A DNA stretch of 64,000 bases from Gnetum montanum (taxonomy: Eukaryota; Plantae; Gnetophyta): NCBI GenBank assembly GCA_015680685.1, contig MNCI01002485.1:744439-808438 (forward strand), read 5' to 3'. Each line of letters opens with the position of its first letter. The stretch's first letter is position 1. A program made the position numbers and the translations under genes. Positions 1 through 13,149 of the stretch are shown here, one piece after another. The notes below the pieces were generated by a model. It saw nothing but the letters and a program-made list of their open reading frames with translations. It had not been told where the DNA came from and ran no database searches.

Positions 1-3000
1 CAGATGGCATGAAATGGTATCCTTGGCCATGCTGGATACTGATGGCCCTGGAGTGGCCAATGCAATGAGGTCCCACTATGGCAGGATGGTGGATACTCAG
101 TTGGTGTGTTTCCTTATTCGATCGTTGCATTCGTGTCTTGAATCATTTTTGTTCGAGGTTACCCATGCAGTCGGTTCAGTGTGACAGTAGATCATGTATC
201 TTTTGAGACAGTGCTGCAATGACAGATGATCATTTATGCTTCGTGATAGAGACAGGTGTTTCTCAAAACAGCATGATTCTTTCTTAGTATGCTCTTGGTG
301 GCCTAAATCTTCCAGCCTAGAAAGGGTTTGGGTAGTTTGTCCTACAGCCTTTTAGGCTTGGGTAGCATTCCAAAATATCATGTATGTTCCCATATATGAA
401 CATAATCCGATCCTTGGGTGTGAAATGTACCCTTGTGGTATTCTCAATTTGGTTGTATGCACTCCAAAAGTACTGGATGTATTGCCTATATGATGCAGTT
501 GTCTCCTGGTTGTAGGCCTATGCCACACACTGTGACAAGGCCAAGCTTGATGTATGGTGTTTTCCTGGTGCTTGTTTTAAAGTGCCCTTGCTATATGTTG
601 TAAATGGCCTTTGTGCCTTGATGTATAATTCTGCTGAAAACCTCATGAAAAATTCTTTAGTTGTAATATGGTGTTGTAACAAACGGACCAGGGCATGTCC
701 TTGCCCATTGTGCTCTTGAACTGGTGCCATGTGTTCTTGATGATGTTGGCATGCCTAGATGGTGTATGCTTGGTGAATGTCCTTGAGACAGGAAAAATCT
801 TGGGAACACATTTTCTTGTGTTCCTGGATTGGCAAAGATTTTGTCCATAGATGATCGTTGATGACTGAAATTCACATCAATGTAATGTCTAATGGTGGGT
901 TTGAGTAGAGTTCTGGGTAGTGGCACCTAGACTTGCTCTTCCATGTTGGAAGTGATCTTGGAGCAGTAGTTCAAACGTTGGGATGGTGGTCCATCCTTGA
1001 ACAAATGATGTTACAGATACAGAACTTGTGATTTCTCTTGGTGGCCTTGCTTGGTGGGCTTGAATGTGCTTGAAACACTTGAGCCAATGCTTTCATTATT
1101 GTGGGCTTCTAATGATTTGTGCATGTTGGTGGGCTCTTGTAACAAATTGCTTGGTGTGTTGGAGAGCTAGGATGCACTCTCATAGATTGGGACTAATTGG
1201 TGCCTTCATGGTCTATGGTGTGATTCCATGACAGGGGACTTGTTGTGCCTAATAGGCTATGGTGTCTTGCTAAATTGTCCCATTTACTCTGTCCCTTATG
1301 TACACTGATGTATTACAGAGTTCCTTGCTGATGTATTGTCCCATGTCTCTGGTGTGATGTTAATTCATGTTGGTGATCTCACCTCCCTGGTGAGATAGCA
1401 AAGTTGATCATGAGGGATCATTCTTCATTTCAATGGTTGCCTTCTTCAGTTCCTGAAATAATAAGGTAGGTGGTATTGATATGGTTGTCTCCTGTAGGCA
1501 GTTGATGTTTAGGACTTGTTCCTAGCAGTGGTCCTATGATCGTGAACTTGTGGGGCTTGTTCTTAGAGACAGAATGTTTTTACCTTGGTGAAATTCATGA
1601 AACCTCCTTTGTGAGGTAATGTTGTTGATGTAAATTAAAGATACATATTGCTCTTCTTGTAGGTAAGGCATGATCTTATGTACTCTCATAGTTTTGGGAT
1701 CTTCAGAGGAACTTTCTTGTTGGGGTTCTCTGGTAGACCATCCTTGTTGTAAATCCTTTGGGGATGAATCATATTATGTTTGAGTTGTAATGTTGTTGAT
1801 GAAAGCCCATTCCATGTAAAAACTATCTTGAGGACCTAGTCCTCCTATGGGCAAGATGTTGTTGTTGACTTGTGTCTATTGTTTGGGTTGAATGACAATA
1901 GGTAGTGGTGCGGCCTTGTCCACCACAAATTGATGTAAATGGGCCTGACTGGGATGTATGAAACAAAACCCAGATCTCCCAAGATGAAACAGAAATTCTT
2001 GGTATCTTGAGTTGTTCTCAAGGGAAAATTGAAATTGGGTAAGACTTGTGAACCCATGTCTTCCCTCAGCTGGTGACAGTTCCACGATTTGGTTCTATTG
2101 GCGATATTGACTACTTGGACACGTATGATGGTTGTGATACTTACCTATGGAAGAAACCTCCCAAAGAGGATCCTTCCTGCAAGTGCAAAACCTACTGAAA
2201 GGTGTTGATCGTGAGACTGGCAGTTGTTCTTGATATAGTGGGGAAATGCAAATTCTAAGAACGTTGATGTTCCTTGGAGAATTCATGATTTGGTTACTCT
2301 CAGAGGTGACTCTATATTGTTTCCAGACCTTGTGTTTAGAAAATGGTGCTTGTCCCATAACTCGGTGTGGGAAGGATGGCTTGCATGTGGCAAATGTGGG
2401 TGACCCTTCTCCATGAATGAGATATTATGGTTGCATTCGATGATGTGCTTATAGCTGATATGAGACAGGTGATGGAGGATTGTCATGGGGTTGGTTGCCC
2501 AATTGACCCTCCCTTGTTCTAACATTCGAGTAGGCATTCTCGATGTTGGACAATCACAAGAGGTGTTGCTGAAAGTTGGGGCTTGTTGTATGTAGCCTCT
2601 TGGAGAAGTTTCCAAATAGATTTTTGGATCTTCTCTCTCGTTGGAATACTAGGGAATGATGAATGATGGATTGAGGCATGCAATGCTGGTGTTTGTAGAT
2701 GGAAAGGTCAAGCTTAAAGATCTGCCCTTGTACCTTGTTTGTAAGGGAGAACATGCTTGCCTCCCTTCAGACCAGCTTGAACAAAAATGATGAGAAAAGA
2801 GATTGCACATGGTATCGATGCATGTGGAATTAGTGCTTAGATGGTTGCACTGGTGAGACCCCATGGGTCTTGATGCGAGTAGCAGAACATGGAGTTTTGA
2901 ACTTGATGCGAGTAGCAGAACATGGAGTTCTGGCAAGCATAAGTTGCTTGCAGAGACATGGCTCTTAGGAGCATGTCCTCCCTCTCAGTGTGATGTTTCC

Positions 3001-4400
3001 AAGTCCCTCACCATGGGTAGTGGCCTTGGTGAGCCCTCAAAAAAAAATTAATGGGTGTTGAGATGCCATTCACAAAGGAACTCGGCGGGACTTGTGGAAG
3101 AGGAGCAATCTTCTTGCATAAGTTATGGGTTTACGCAAGAAGATATGTCTCTAGACCCTCAAAAGGGACAGATCTAGGGGACGCCTTAGAGACGTTGGCC
3201 CTTTGGGTTGGACTGTCCCGCTCTTATAGAGAAGGGAAGTCTTGGGCTTCCTCCAGTTGCCCTTGCGTTTCATGCAAGGCATTGGATGGAAGGATGTATT
3301 AGGTATTGGGGTTGGTACCTTCCTTCAAGCCTGGCGTCTAAGGAGTTGATGGATCCCCAAAATTGACGGAGTTCCAAACCCATGTGAAGTGTACACTCGA
3401 AGCTATCCTAGGCTCCACTTCGAGGATGTCACTTCTTTATGTGGGGGAGGATTGTGAGAGATGTCCCAAGTGGTGGTTCTCTTGGGCTCTCCCCATGGTT
3501 CGAGGGCCATGGAACACTCTGAAGTGCCCTCGGGTGGCTCTCAAGTGTTACAAAACCCACCTCAGCTTGGTGGTACCAAGCTAACAATAGGACACCCTCC
3601 TATTGCAACTCTCTTCTCTAAGTCCTTTTCCTTCCCTCTTCTCCATGGAGAACTACATGGCCCTGATTCTATAGAGGTTGTAGATATGTAGGCAGCCAAG
3701 ACTGGATAGTTTTGGTGCAGTGCCATGCCACACCTTGTACCAGATTGTGAGGGATCTGGGGGTGAGGTACCTTCCCTTGTAGGTGCATTGTCTTCCCTCC
3801 CATCGATGTGGTCTATAAGGTTGTGTGTGTACTTGTTTGCTTGGTTCTCTTCTACTTGCACTCGTGAGATGCTTGCTTGTTTGAGGCATATTCTCCAGGT
3901 CTTCTGCCCCAGATCCATTGGATCTTTGTGAATTCCTTGGGGTGTTGGGCAACATCAGGGCAACATTGTTACAGGCTAGGTTATAGTGGTCATGGATGGA
4001 CTAAATAGTAAAAAAGACATTTGAGTTGGAACTTGTGGTGTGAAGGGGATGAAAGGAGTATGAGGGGCTTGTATTGCTTGGGGCCCAAATGAGGATCCTA
4101 CTAGCATGACAAAGGGAGATGGTGAGGTAGACATCATTGGGGCTAGGTGCATGAAGTAAGGTTGCATTGTAAAGAGCATTGATGAGAATAAGGAAGTAGA
4201 CTGAGACATAGGTTGTGTTTGGCATGTGGTAATGATGGGTGTGGACCCAAACATGGTAGGATAGATAGGAGAAGAGTTGGATTGAGGGACTTGTCCTATC
4301 AATAAGGTGAGAGATGTGGGTTGGGTTTAGTTGTTTGAGGAGCCACAGATTAAAAAAGACTTCCAATAAAGGTTTTCAGCTCCTATTTAGCCTTAAATTC
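1..4400 (-). mobile_element. Extremely degenerate Ty3/Gypsy (Tat-like) gag-pol remnant
   Basis: Minus-strand fragments resemble Tat pol motifs in the correct order. MNSPRNINVLR..STPFSRF..W (~2160-2285) resembles the RT thumb MPPPRNIKELR..QPFSRL..W. CQHHQEHMAPVQEH..PW (~690-755) resembles integrase CQxH..HAPAQEL..PWPF. FWSAYNQIENTT..TP..FIYG..ILE..PSL (~350-480) resembles LWAYRTSIRTPTGATP..LVYG..LP.E..PSL. A P/S/T-rich gag-like N-terminus lies at 3560-4300. Confidence 0.5.
2869..2929. repeat. Tandem duplication with 33-bp period
   Basis: cttgatgcgagtagcagaacatggagtt occurs identically at 2869 and 2902. Confidence 0.95.
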
Positions 4401-6808
4401 ATCTTTGTCTTCTTGATGATCCTCTAAATTAATTCTCTAACTAAACTCATCAACCTTCATGAGTTGTATGAGCATTTGTGTGTAAAAGTCCATGAAGGGG
4501 ATTTGGTCATAAGGGAATGGAATGTATTCTTTTCCATCCCAGCGTATGATTTGAATTGATGCTTAGTGTCAGATTCAGAGTGTGGTATTAAGAGTCAAGC
4601 TTTTTTCTTGGCATAGAGGAGGTTCTAGAACTCCCTTTGATAATCATGAAATCTAGGTTTTTGCCCCTTTGTCTAAGTGATTTCCTTCATTCTATGACCG
4701 CATTGTCTTTTGGGTCATAAACACGAACTACATCTTGGTTAGATGTCATATTTGTTAGGTTAAGGGGCAAGTGGTTGATAAGCTAAAATAAGTAGGATAA
4801 TCCACTAGCATAGTTTACAAAAAAATGAAAAAGTAGTGGGAAATTGCTACTAAGTGGTGAAAATGGGAAAAAGTGATTTATCCACTGAATGGAATTAGGT
4901 TTTCCCAATAGAATTAGGTTTTGGAATGGCAAATCCCAACCAACAATACTAGGTGGTTGGAACATAAAATTTGGTTTATTCTACTAGATTTCCTAGTAGA
5001 TGGAATTTGGTTTTTTTCAGATTTGGGTTTTCTAGGTAGACTACAATGGCCCCTAGAAATCTAGCAACTACTATGAAAATATAATGAAAATCCAAATACA
5101 CTAGCTTATAAGATTTGAATGGATTATGTTCATAGCTTTGAGAACTTAAAAACGTGATAGTTGAGAATGGGTTTTCATCGAGAATTTTGATAAAGGAACT
5201 CCTTCTAGCACTAGAAAACTATCGGTGTTAGAAATTTTGGTTGTTGGAATGGAATCCAAAAGATTTGAGTGCCAAAATAATTTTAACCTTGAATTCTAAG
5301 ATCCTCCAAAAAATGGAATTTAGGGTACCTTGGATGGTCTTGCAGATCACCCAGGGACTTACAGAATGTAAATGGAAATACCAAACAAAAGTGTAAACAT
5401 AGTTGTAGATGAAATTGGAAATGAAGAAGAGAATGAAAACAAAAACATAATCAGAAATGAAGTTGCAGTTACATATTTGAATATGAAAACATGTGCAAAA
5501 CTGGAAATGTGAACTAAAAATTTCATAACATCAAAAATAAATTTATATAAAAAAATAAAGAATAAGGTTTACGAAGTATAGATTTCATGCTAAAGGCACT
5601 AGAAGTTGCCGACAGGAGCTTGAAGTCCATTGAAGAAAGTAGGTTGTATTCTATTGGATCTCCATGATCTAGTTTCTTCCCAACTCTAGTTTCTAGAAAC
5701 TTTCTATCAATTTCCATCAGGATCTACAATGTGGTTATGGAAATGGGTTTTGACTTTTTGATGCAATGGTAGTTACGTGGGAGTCTCAGTGCCTAGCATA
5801 GTGTTAGTTTTTGCTACCAAAGAGTGGAAGTAAGATTGCCAATAGATTTTATTGGTTGTAAGACTACCAAAATTATTGTTATGAGTGTAAGGTTCAAAAT
5901 TGTTGCCAAGGATTGCAAAAATGCCAAAGTGCTAGGAATACAAAAGTGTTGGAACTAGCAAGAAGTTGGAACCTAAATATGGTGTTCACATTGGATTTTT
6001 ATAGGATGAAATTTCTATTGTTGGGTCTGTGCGCCACTGCCATGATTGCTGAAAAATTGGTGTCAACATGCAAGTTGCAACGGTCATCTACTCTCAACAT
6101 AGTTATCATTTATAGTAAGCCTGGTATGGACTACAACCACAAAATCCATATTTTTACTATAACTAGAAAATGGACTTTTGTGACTATGCTAGCATCATTA
6201 TTACTATGTTGGTTTTGGTGGACTATGTTGAGGTTGTTAGAAATGACAAAAAGTTGTGGAAAATGTGCAAAAAATTGGGAACTGTGGAAATGGTGAAGTC
6301 CATTGGAAAGTGTCGTGCTTAGTGGAGAATGATGTCTACATTGGTCATTGAAGACTTGAGATGACTATGCTGATCATTGTTGGAAAAATGAAAATTCCAA
6401 TAGTTTGAACATTGCACATCCCACCAGGTCTTGGTGGTGACTATGCTGGCTACTATAGCACCATTGTCTACTATAGTTATCATGTCTATTATAGATGGCT
6501 CCAACATAGTTGGAGTTATACCCCTACAAAAATCCATGGAACTGCCAGTTTTAGCCATTCCCAAGGCATTTTCAGCCTTCCCAAGCCCAAATATAGACAT
6601 GAGGTACCTTTTTCTACTTGGGAAGTAAGGCAATAATAGCTTTTGCAGCATTTTTTGGCCTTAGAAAGTTCAAGTATGCAAGATTATAGCTCAAGGGATA
6701 CAAATCTCGCATTTACAATTAATACTTACCTTAAGTTGGGAAATGAAGGTTACAACATGAATTTTTGATGGTGTTTCAACAACAAACAAGGTTATGAAAC
6801 TAATGCTT

Positions 6809-6960
6809 AAAAGGGAGTGTTAGAATATACTACTAAATTAATGTGAAATCATTAGATTCATAATACCTTAATATTTTTCATTAACATTCTTGATAAATTT
6901 GTAATAAAAAGAAGTGACTTGTTACTTGGGAATAGTCACAACCCTTCTATGAAATATTAA
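6809..6960 (+). mobile_element. Possible PPT plus start of a 3' LTR fragment
   Basis: aaaagggag followed directly by TGTTAG at 6818, the usual PPT/LTR junction. No partner LTR found. Confidence 0.3.
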
Positions 6961-8846
6961 CAATTAACATCGCAGTTATGAATAGGTGTGTAAAGAACTA
7001 AAGAAGAAGTAATGGATCAATAAAGATAAATGCATTAAGGAATAATAGACACCACGATGTATAAAGAATTTGAAGCAATTATGAACTCAACTATATGAAG
7101 TAAACATTACAAAATACAGAGTTCATAATAAGAATTCAATTACTATAGCTAAAAGGTTAATGAAGTAACTTAAAGATAAGAAGCAATCATTATAAGGAGA
7201 TAAGAGTAATCATTGTAGCATAGGATAGCATTTTCTAAAGAGGAAGAGAAGGTCCAATTTTTTTCATAAGTAGCCTATTCTAGTTTCTTAAATAAGAAAA
7301 GAAATCATTTGAAAGGATACAATGGTGAAGAAGGAAAAATCTTACGAAGAAGTATTTTATAAAGTCTAAAGAATCAAGACTAGGACTCGTAAATACAAGA
7401 GAAGCTAAGTTCCTAATTAACTAACTAAAGTGCAAGAAAGTCCAAACGTGACTACAAAGAATTCCAAGTAAGTGATTAAGAAGAATGATATATATATTAT
7501 TAAGAGTTATCAATTTTGTAAGATGATATATGATATGTTAATTTACCTTATGGACTTAGATCCTTAGGTAATTAGAATTATCAAAGATATGTAAAACCAA
7601 AATCTAATAAAGATCTTCTATTAAAACTATAATTGTAGCATTGACCTTGGATAACTATGAGAGGCATGAGCTAGAGCCATTATTGTGAAAAGGAAATAAA
7701 TGAAGGATGTAACTCAAAGAGATAGAAAGAGAAATAAAGAAGTTTCAATTTGAATTGATTAGGATAAACTTAAGCAAGCTAGGGGCTAAATGATCTAGAT
7801 CAATAGTACTCTCAAGGATTTAATGAATCAATCCAATAGCAATCTAATATTTTCTTCTATCATAAAAAGATTGATCATATTAAAAAAGAGTATCGGAAGC
7901 CATTGTAGAGGAAGAGAGCTATGGAGAATAGGAGAATAGAATGTATGTTTTCAAATCCTAGGATTGTCTAAGAAAATAGAGGAGTTGAAAATAATCCTAG
8001 GGTGGTTTAGGAAAATAGAGAAACTAACAATACTCAAGGTAGAGGTGGAAGACCTATGAATTAAGGGTAGATCTATGCTATACTAGGGAGAGATATAAAG
8101 GAGTAATCTAACAATATGGTTGAGATTGAAGGCACACTTGATGCATAACATCTCCCTATACATTTTGATTTTGGAGCTAGGTATTCTTTTAATAATAGTC
8201 AAATAATTGAAAGATTAAATCTATCATCTGAAAAATTAGAAATTTCATTATTTGTTCAAGTTATGGGATATAGTGAATACATAGTAGAGTATGAATATAA
8301 GGAGCTTTTACTAAGGACAAAAGATAAGGAAAGGAATACAATTTTATTAGGAATTAGGAGAATATGATATCATTTGGAAAATTGACTGGTTAAGTAGATA
8401 TAATGGATTTTGTTACTGCAAGACTAAGATAGTTGAACTAGAGTCAAGAGATGGACAATAAATCTTGGTTATAGCTAAATAAAGACCCATTAATGTTAAC
8501 TTAATTTCCTCTAAAAATGTTTAGAAAATGATGTACTTGGTTTGTGATTGTTGTGAAATTTTAAAATAAGGGATGATATAGCTGATATTCTAGTATTTAA
8601 TGAATTTATAGATGTATTTATAATAGAATTACCAGGGTTACCTCCAAAAAGAGAAATAGAAGTAGAGATTTCTCTTAAACTAAGAACTAAACCAATTTTT
8701 AAGGCATTGTATCAAGTGTTCCCAATTAAGCTAGTAGAGCTTAAGATATAGGTGTAAGAACTTTTGGATAAAGGTCTTAGTCAATTTGGTGTTTCTCCTT
8801 GAGGTGCATTAGTGTTATTTGTAAAAAATAAAGATGAAAATTTAAC
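6960..8846 (+). mobile_element. Degenerate chromovirus (Tekay/Del-like) gag-protease-RT fragment, truncated in RT
   Basis: Protease-like HFDFGARYSF (~8161) and EYDII..DWLS (~8360). RT N-terminus DILVFNEFIDVF..ELPGLPPKREIE..KPIFKALY..ELLDKG..VSP*GALVLFVKNKDE (8604-8845) matches the Tekay consensus LPGLPPDREIEF..SPWGAPVLFVKKKDG. Confidence 0.85.
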
Positions 8847-8918
8847 ATCCTTATTAAGTATCTATAAGAATCCTATCAATAACTAACAAAAGTGCTACGA
8901 AACCACAAGGATCTAGAT

Positions 8919-10070
8919 TTAACCTTGATTTACTAATTTAAGTGGAAGTTGTACATTATTAATAAGAACTATGTCCTTGAGGACTAGGTCCTCATCTTTG
9001 ATCTTGCATATGATCAAGTCATGGCGATGTTGTTGCTTTTGCCTCTCTAGATGATGTTCGATGTAAGAAAGAGCTTGCATATGCCACTTCTCCACCAAAT
9101 CTGGTGCTAATGTTTGCAACTCCTTACTCTTCTTGTCATTGATGAAGTTGGTCAAGGTTACCTAGAGCGATGGTACCTGTAATTCAAGAGGTAAAGTAGC
9201 TTTAGAACCATGAACAAGGCTATAAGGGATCATGCTAGTTGTTTTACAATAGGATTTTTTGTATTCCTATAGTGCATGGACAAGTTGCTCATGCCACTTA
9301 TGCTTGTTGTTGTTGAGCATCTTCTTGAGTAAGTTGATGATGTCCTTGTTGCTTACTTCTACTTGTCCATTGGCTTGAGGGTAGTAAGGTGACAAGAAAG
9401 AATGCTTAATGCCTAGGTTGTGAAAGAAATTCTTGGTTTGTTGGCTACTAAATTGAGGTCCATTGTTCATAACTATGGTCATGGATATGCCAAAACAAGC
9501 TACAATGTTGTCTAGGATAAGTTTGAAAACTTGTTTGAATGTGGTATTCCTTAGGGGAATAACTTCGACCCACTTGGTAAAGTATTTAGTTGCAGTGATG
9601 ATGAAGCTATGCCCTATAGTAGACTTAGGCATTATAGGTATAGTGATATCCAACCCCCATTGTTGAAATGGCCATGTTATCTGGGTTGTATGTAACTTAG
9701 TTGGTGATACATGTATTAAGTTACTATATTGTTGGCATGTGTCACATTGCTTAACCTTTTGTAGGTAGTCATTTTTTATATGGGGCCAATAATAGCCTAA
9801 TTTTCTAATCTTAGTAGCCATGGCTCTAGGTCCTATATGTCCTCCACAAACTCCCTCGTGAACCTTCTCTAGGACTATTCTAGCTTTGGTTTTACCTAAG
9901 CACTTTAGGAGTATGCCACCATAGGATTTTTGACATAATGTGTTATCACCTTTGATGACATACTACTTTGATCACTTGCGTTTAGCATTCTTTTGAGTAG
10001 TAGTCAAGCCTTGTGAGGATCCACCATGCATAAGGTAAAATTTGATATCATCATATCACTCCTTGGAAGG
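8919..10070 (-). pseudogene. Integrase domain, decayed (Tat clade)
   Basis: ORF 9267-9821 contains the zinc-finger CxxC and rve core motifs; C-terminal part in ORF 8919-9155. Confidence 0.9.
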
Positions 10071-10179
10071 ATCAGTATGAATGATATCCAAAAAGGTATC
10101 CTCAATGTTCTATTTGATGGGAGTAGCGTAGCCCACAGTTAAGGTGGGCAACTTGCTAAACACATCTGGCATCACACTA

Positions 10180-10560
10180 AGGGCTAATGTTACAAATGCA
10201 TTAGTTATGGTGTTTTTGTTTCTAGATATGTGTTGGACATAAACATCTAAAACATTTTATAACAACTTCTTTCCTAGGTCACAGTAAGGTTGTAAGTGTT
10301 TAGCTTTGCATGCATAGACTTCGATTACTTGGTTAACCATGAGCTGTGAGTTGCCTTTGATGGCTAGGCATCTAATTCCTAGGTCATGAGCTACCATTAT
10401 CCCTCTAATGAAACCCTCATATTATACTATGTTGTTGGTACATGGGAACCCAAAATGATAGTCAAAGGGTTGGATTTCACCAAATGGGAATGTTACAATG
10501 GTAGTAGCACTAGCCTCATGGGTTGTTGAGGCTCCATCAAAGTTCATGACTACCTCATAA
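10180..10560 (-). pseudogene. Additional archaeal-type RNase H (aRNH) of a Tat element
   Basis: Hand translation gives MNFDGAS..FPCTNNIVIYEGFIRG..LGIRCLAIKGNSQLMVNQV, matching the aRNH pattern FDGAS/TNNxAEYEAL/GDSQLVVNQ. It lies between RT-RNH and integrase. Confidence 0.85.
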
Positions 10561-11050
10561 CCCTTGGGCACTTGGCTAATTGTGTTAATGTGCTCCTTAG
10601 GGACCTCTAGATCTATGGCTACTTGGTCATTAATAGGTGAAACTGTGAGTTGTATAACTATAGCTTAACCTTTTGTTAAAGATTGAGAGATGTAATGGAG
10701 GTCAAACTCTATGGTTATGGCTTTTCATTAGGCTATAAAGCTACTTTTGTAGATGTTAGTTATTATGACTCTGAGTATGTTGTCCTTGAAAATTATGTTG
10801 ACTTGGCTTTTGAAGAGGTAGTGTCTTTAGTTCTTCAAAGAGAAGACTAGTGCTAGACAATACTTCTCCACTTAGTGTATCAGGTCTTGTGGGCTACTAA
10901 TGCATGGATAAGGTAGTATATAGACATTTCTTCTTCTTCATAATGTTTCTAATAGAGTAGAGAGGAAATGGATGGGTTAGATATGGTGAGATAAATGTAG
11001 AATGGTTTACCCTCTTGTGGAGGATAGACTATTAGTAGTTGTGTCAACTC

Positions 11051-12060
11051 TTACTTTAGGTTTACAAAGGCCTCTTGGCATTGAGTTGTCCACTCATAGT
11101 GAACTTCTTTCTTAAGCAAGTGTTGCATGGGTTGTAGCTTATTTCTAATCCTAGTGATAAGCCTATGAATAAAATATAATATACCTTGTAATCCCCAAAG
11201 ATATTTAAGCTTGGTAGGTGCTACCAATTTGGATATGGGCTTAACCTTATCAAGATTTGCGCATATTCCTACTTCAGAGACTACAAAGCCAAGCATCTTA
11301 CTAGTCTTGACATCAAAGACACACTTCTTAGGATTGAGCCTAAGCTCATATTTGAGGCATCATTTAAGCAAAAGATCTAGGTCATTAGCATTGTCCTTGG
11401 CTATCTTAGACTTCATGGCTATGTCATCTATGTAATCATTAAGCAAACCTAACATGTAATCACTGAAGATATATGTCATGGCTCTCTAGTACGTTGCTAT
11501 GGTGGTCTTAAGGCCAAAGGGAATCATGGTATAATAAAGAGTACCCAATGGGATCATAAAGGTCATGCTAATTTGGTGTTCTAGGTTGATCCCAATTTGG
11601 TTATATCTCGAGAATCCATCCATAAAGGATAGCAAGACATGTCCAGTTGTAGTATCGATAAGTTGATCAATACTAGGCAAAGGAAAGTCATCCTTGATAG
11701 TTGCTTTATTTAGATCTTAGAAATTAATGCAAATATGGATAATACCATTTTTCTTAGGGACTACCACTATGTTGGATATCCATTCTGCATAATTAATAAC
11801 CCTAATGAAGCCTACTTGGTATAGCTTTGAGATTTCATCCTGAATTGTCAAGGCCAAATCAGATTTAATCTTATGCACTTTTTGCTTAACTATTCTAATG
11901 CTAGGATCCAATATGATGTTGTGCTAGACTAGACATGGGTATAGGCCTAGCATATCTTTATATGACTAGGAAAATACCTTAATGTTATTTTGTAAGACTT
12001 TGTGATGTCTTGGGCATATTGAGACTCTAATGAGGAACTTAGTTTAAGGGTTTTCTCCTC
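11051..12060 (-). pseudogene. Reverse transcriptase domain, decayed (Tat clade)
   Basis: ORFs 11717-11911, 11486-11680 and 11051-11296 carry successive RT motifs; DYIDDIAMKS at ~11410-11440. Confidence 0.9.
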
Positions 12061-13149
12061 ATTACTATGTGTTGTGATAAGAACCTCAACTAGAGGATCT
12101 TTGATTATGTCTCTTGCTTCTAAGTCAAGGGTTTTAACTAGGTTTTTAGGCCATTCTAGAGGTTTCTCTATTGAGGTTATGTGGTCTACAAGACTCTCAA
12201 GCTCAAGATCTAGGTAATCAGGGTTGATACATCATTTAATATTACCTTGAGGTCCATGTAGACACAAACGCAAACTAATTTGCTCCTAGGTACTCATACT
12301 TTGATCTTAGATACCAAGCAAAACAATATTAAGTGGCACTTGGGTAAAAGTCAATAAATAATGTTAAAATGCCATAAAACATATGCAAATCTAATGTAAC
12401 CAAGGCCATCCAAGGTCATCAATGAGATAAGGTCAATTCGGAAAAGTGAAAAGATCATATCAAATTCGAACAAGTATAAGGTTGCAAATGGTTAATAAAG
12501 GCCATGATTTTTCCAATTTAAGGCCTTAGTGTGCCATGATGCTAGTTTATAGTCTTGGTGAACTATGATGCTAGTTTAAGGCCTTAGTGGGCCATGGTCA
12601 TATGATGTCAGACAATGGTTAGGGTAGGTCAAACCCCATTATTTGGTACCATTTAAAGGCAAAAAGAAAAAGAAAAATAGGGCTGTAATAAGATAAAAAA
12701 TGAACATATAAGGTTGTATAAAGGCTATAGAAGGCCAAAAAGGTCATTACGGCAACACAAGTCCAAAATCAAGCCAAAACATTACGTAAAAAGCCAAAAA
12801 TCAAGCAAAATAGACCATATATGATAAATTTTGGTTAATATAGGTAAAAAATGATTATGATTTTATAATTTTAGGCCTTATAGGGCCATGTTTTGATGCT
12901 ACAAGGCTATTAGATGAGTTCAGGCATCAATCAGGGTTGTTTATCGGCTATTGAGACCAAAAAATATCTAGTGTTTTGAGACTTCCACACTAGGCTCAAC
13001 ATGGAAATAGGGGCCCTTAGTATGGAGACTAATGAAAATAGGTTTTTGAATGCTTATAGGTCAAAAATTAAGGTCCTATGATCTTTGTAAGGTAGCATAG
13101 GGTCAAATCCATCAAAAATGGGCTTGCTAGAGGTTTGTAAAGGTAAAAA

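Larger units (their letters stand above)
8850..12250 (-). mobile_element. pol: Tat/Ogre-clade Gypsy pol remnant (RT-RNaseH-aRNH-integrase)
   Basis: RT: WISNIVVVPKKNG, PSIDQLIDTTTGH..FMDGFSRYNQI, IPFGLK. Integrase: GYYWP..C..CQ..WPFQQWGLD, YFTKWVEVIP, SPYYPQANGQVE. Many stops and frameshifts. Confidence 0.92.

Noticed and set aside
5913-6651. Several 65-127-aa ORFs as real genes
   Set aside because: No recognisable domain; they overlap on both strands in a tract of degenerate short gactat/ctatag repeats.
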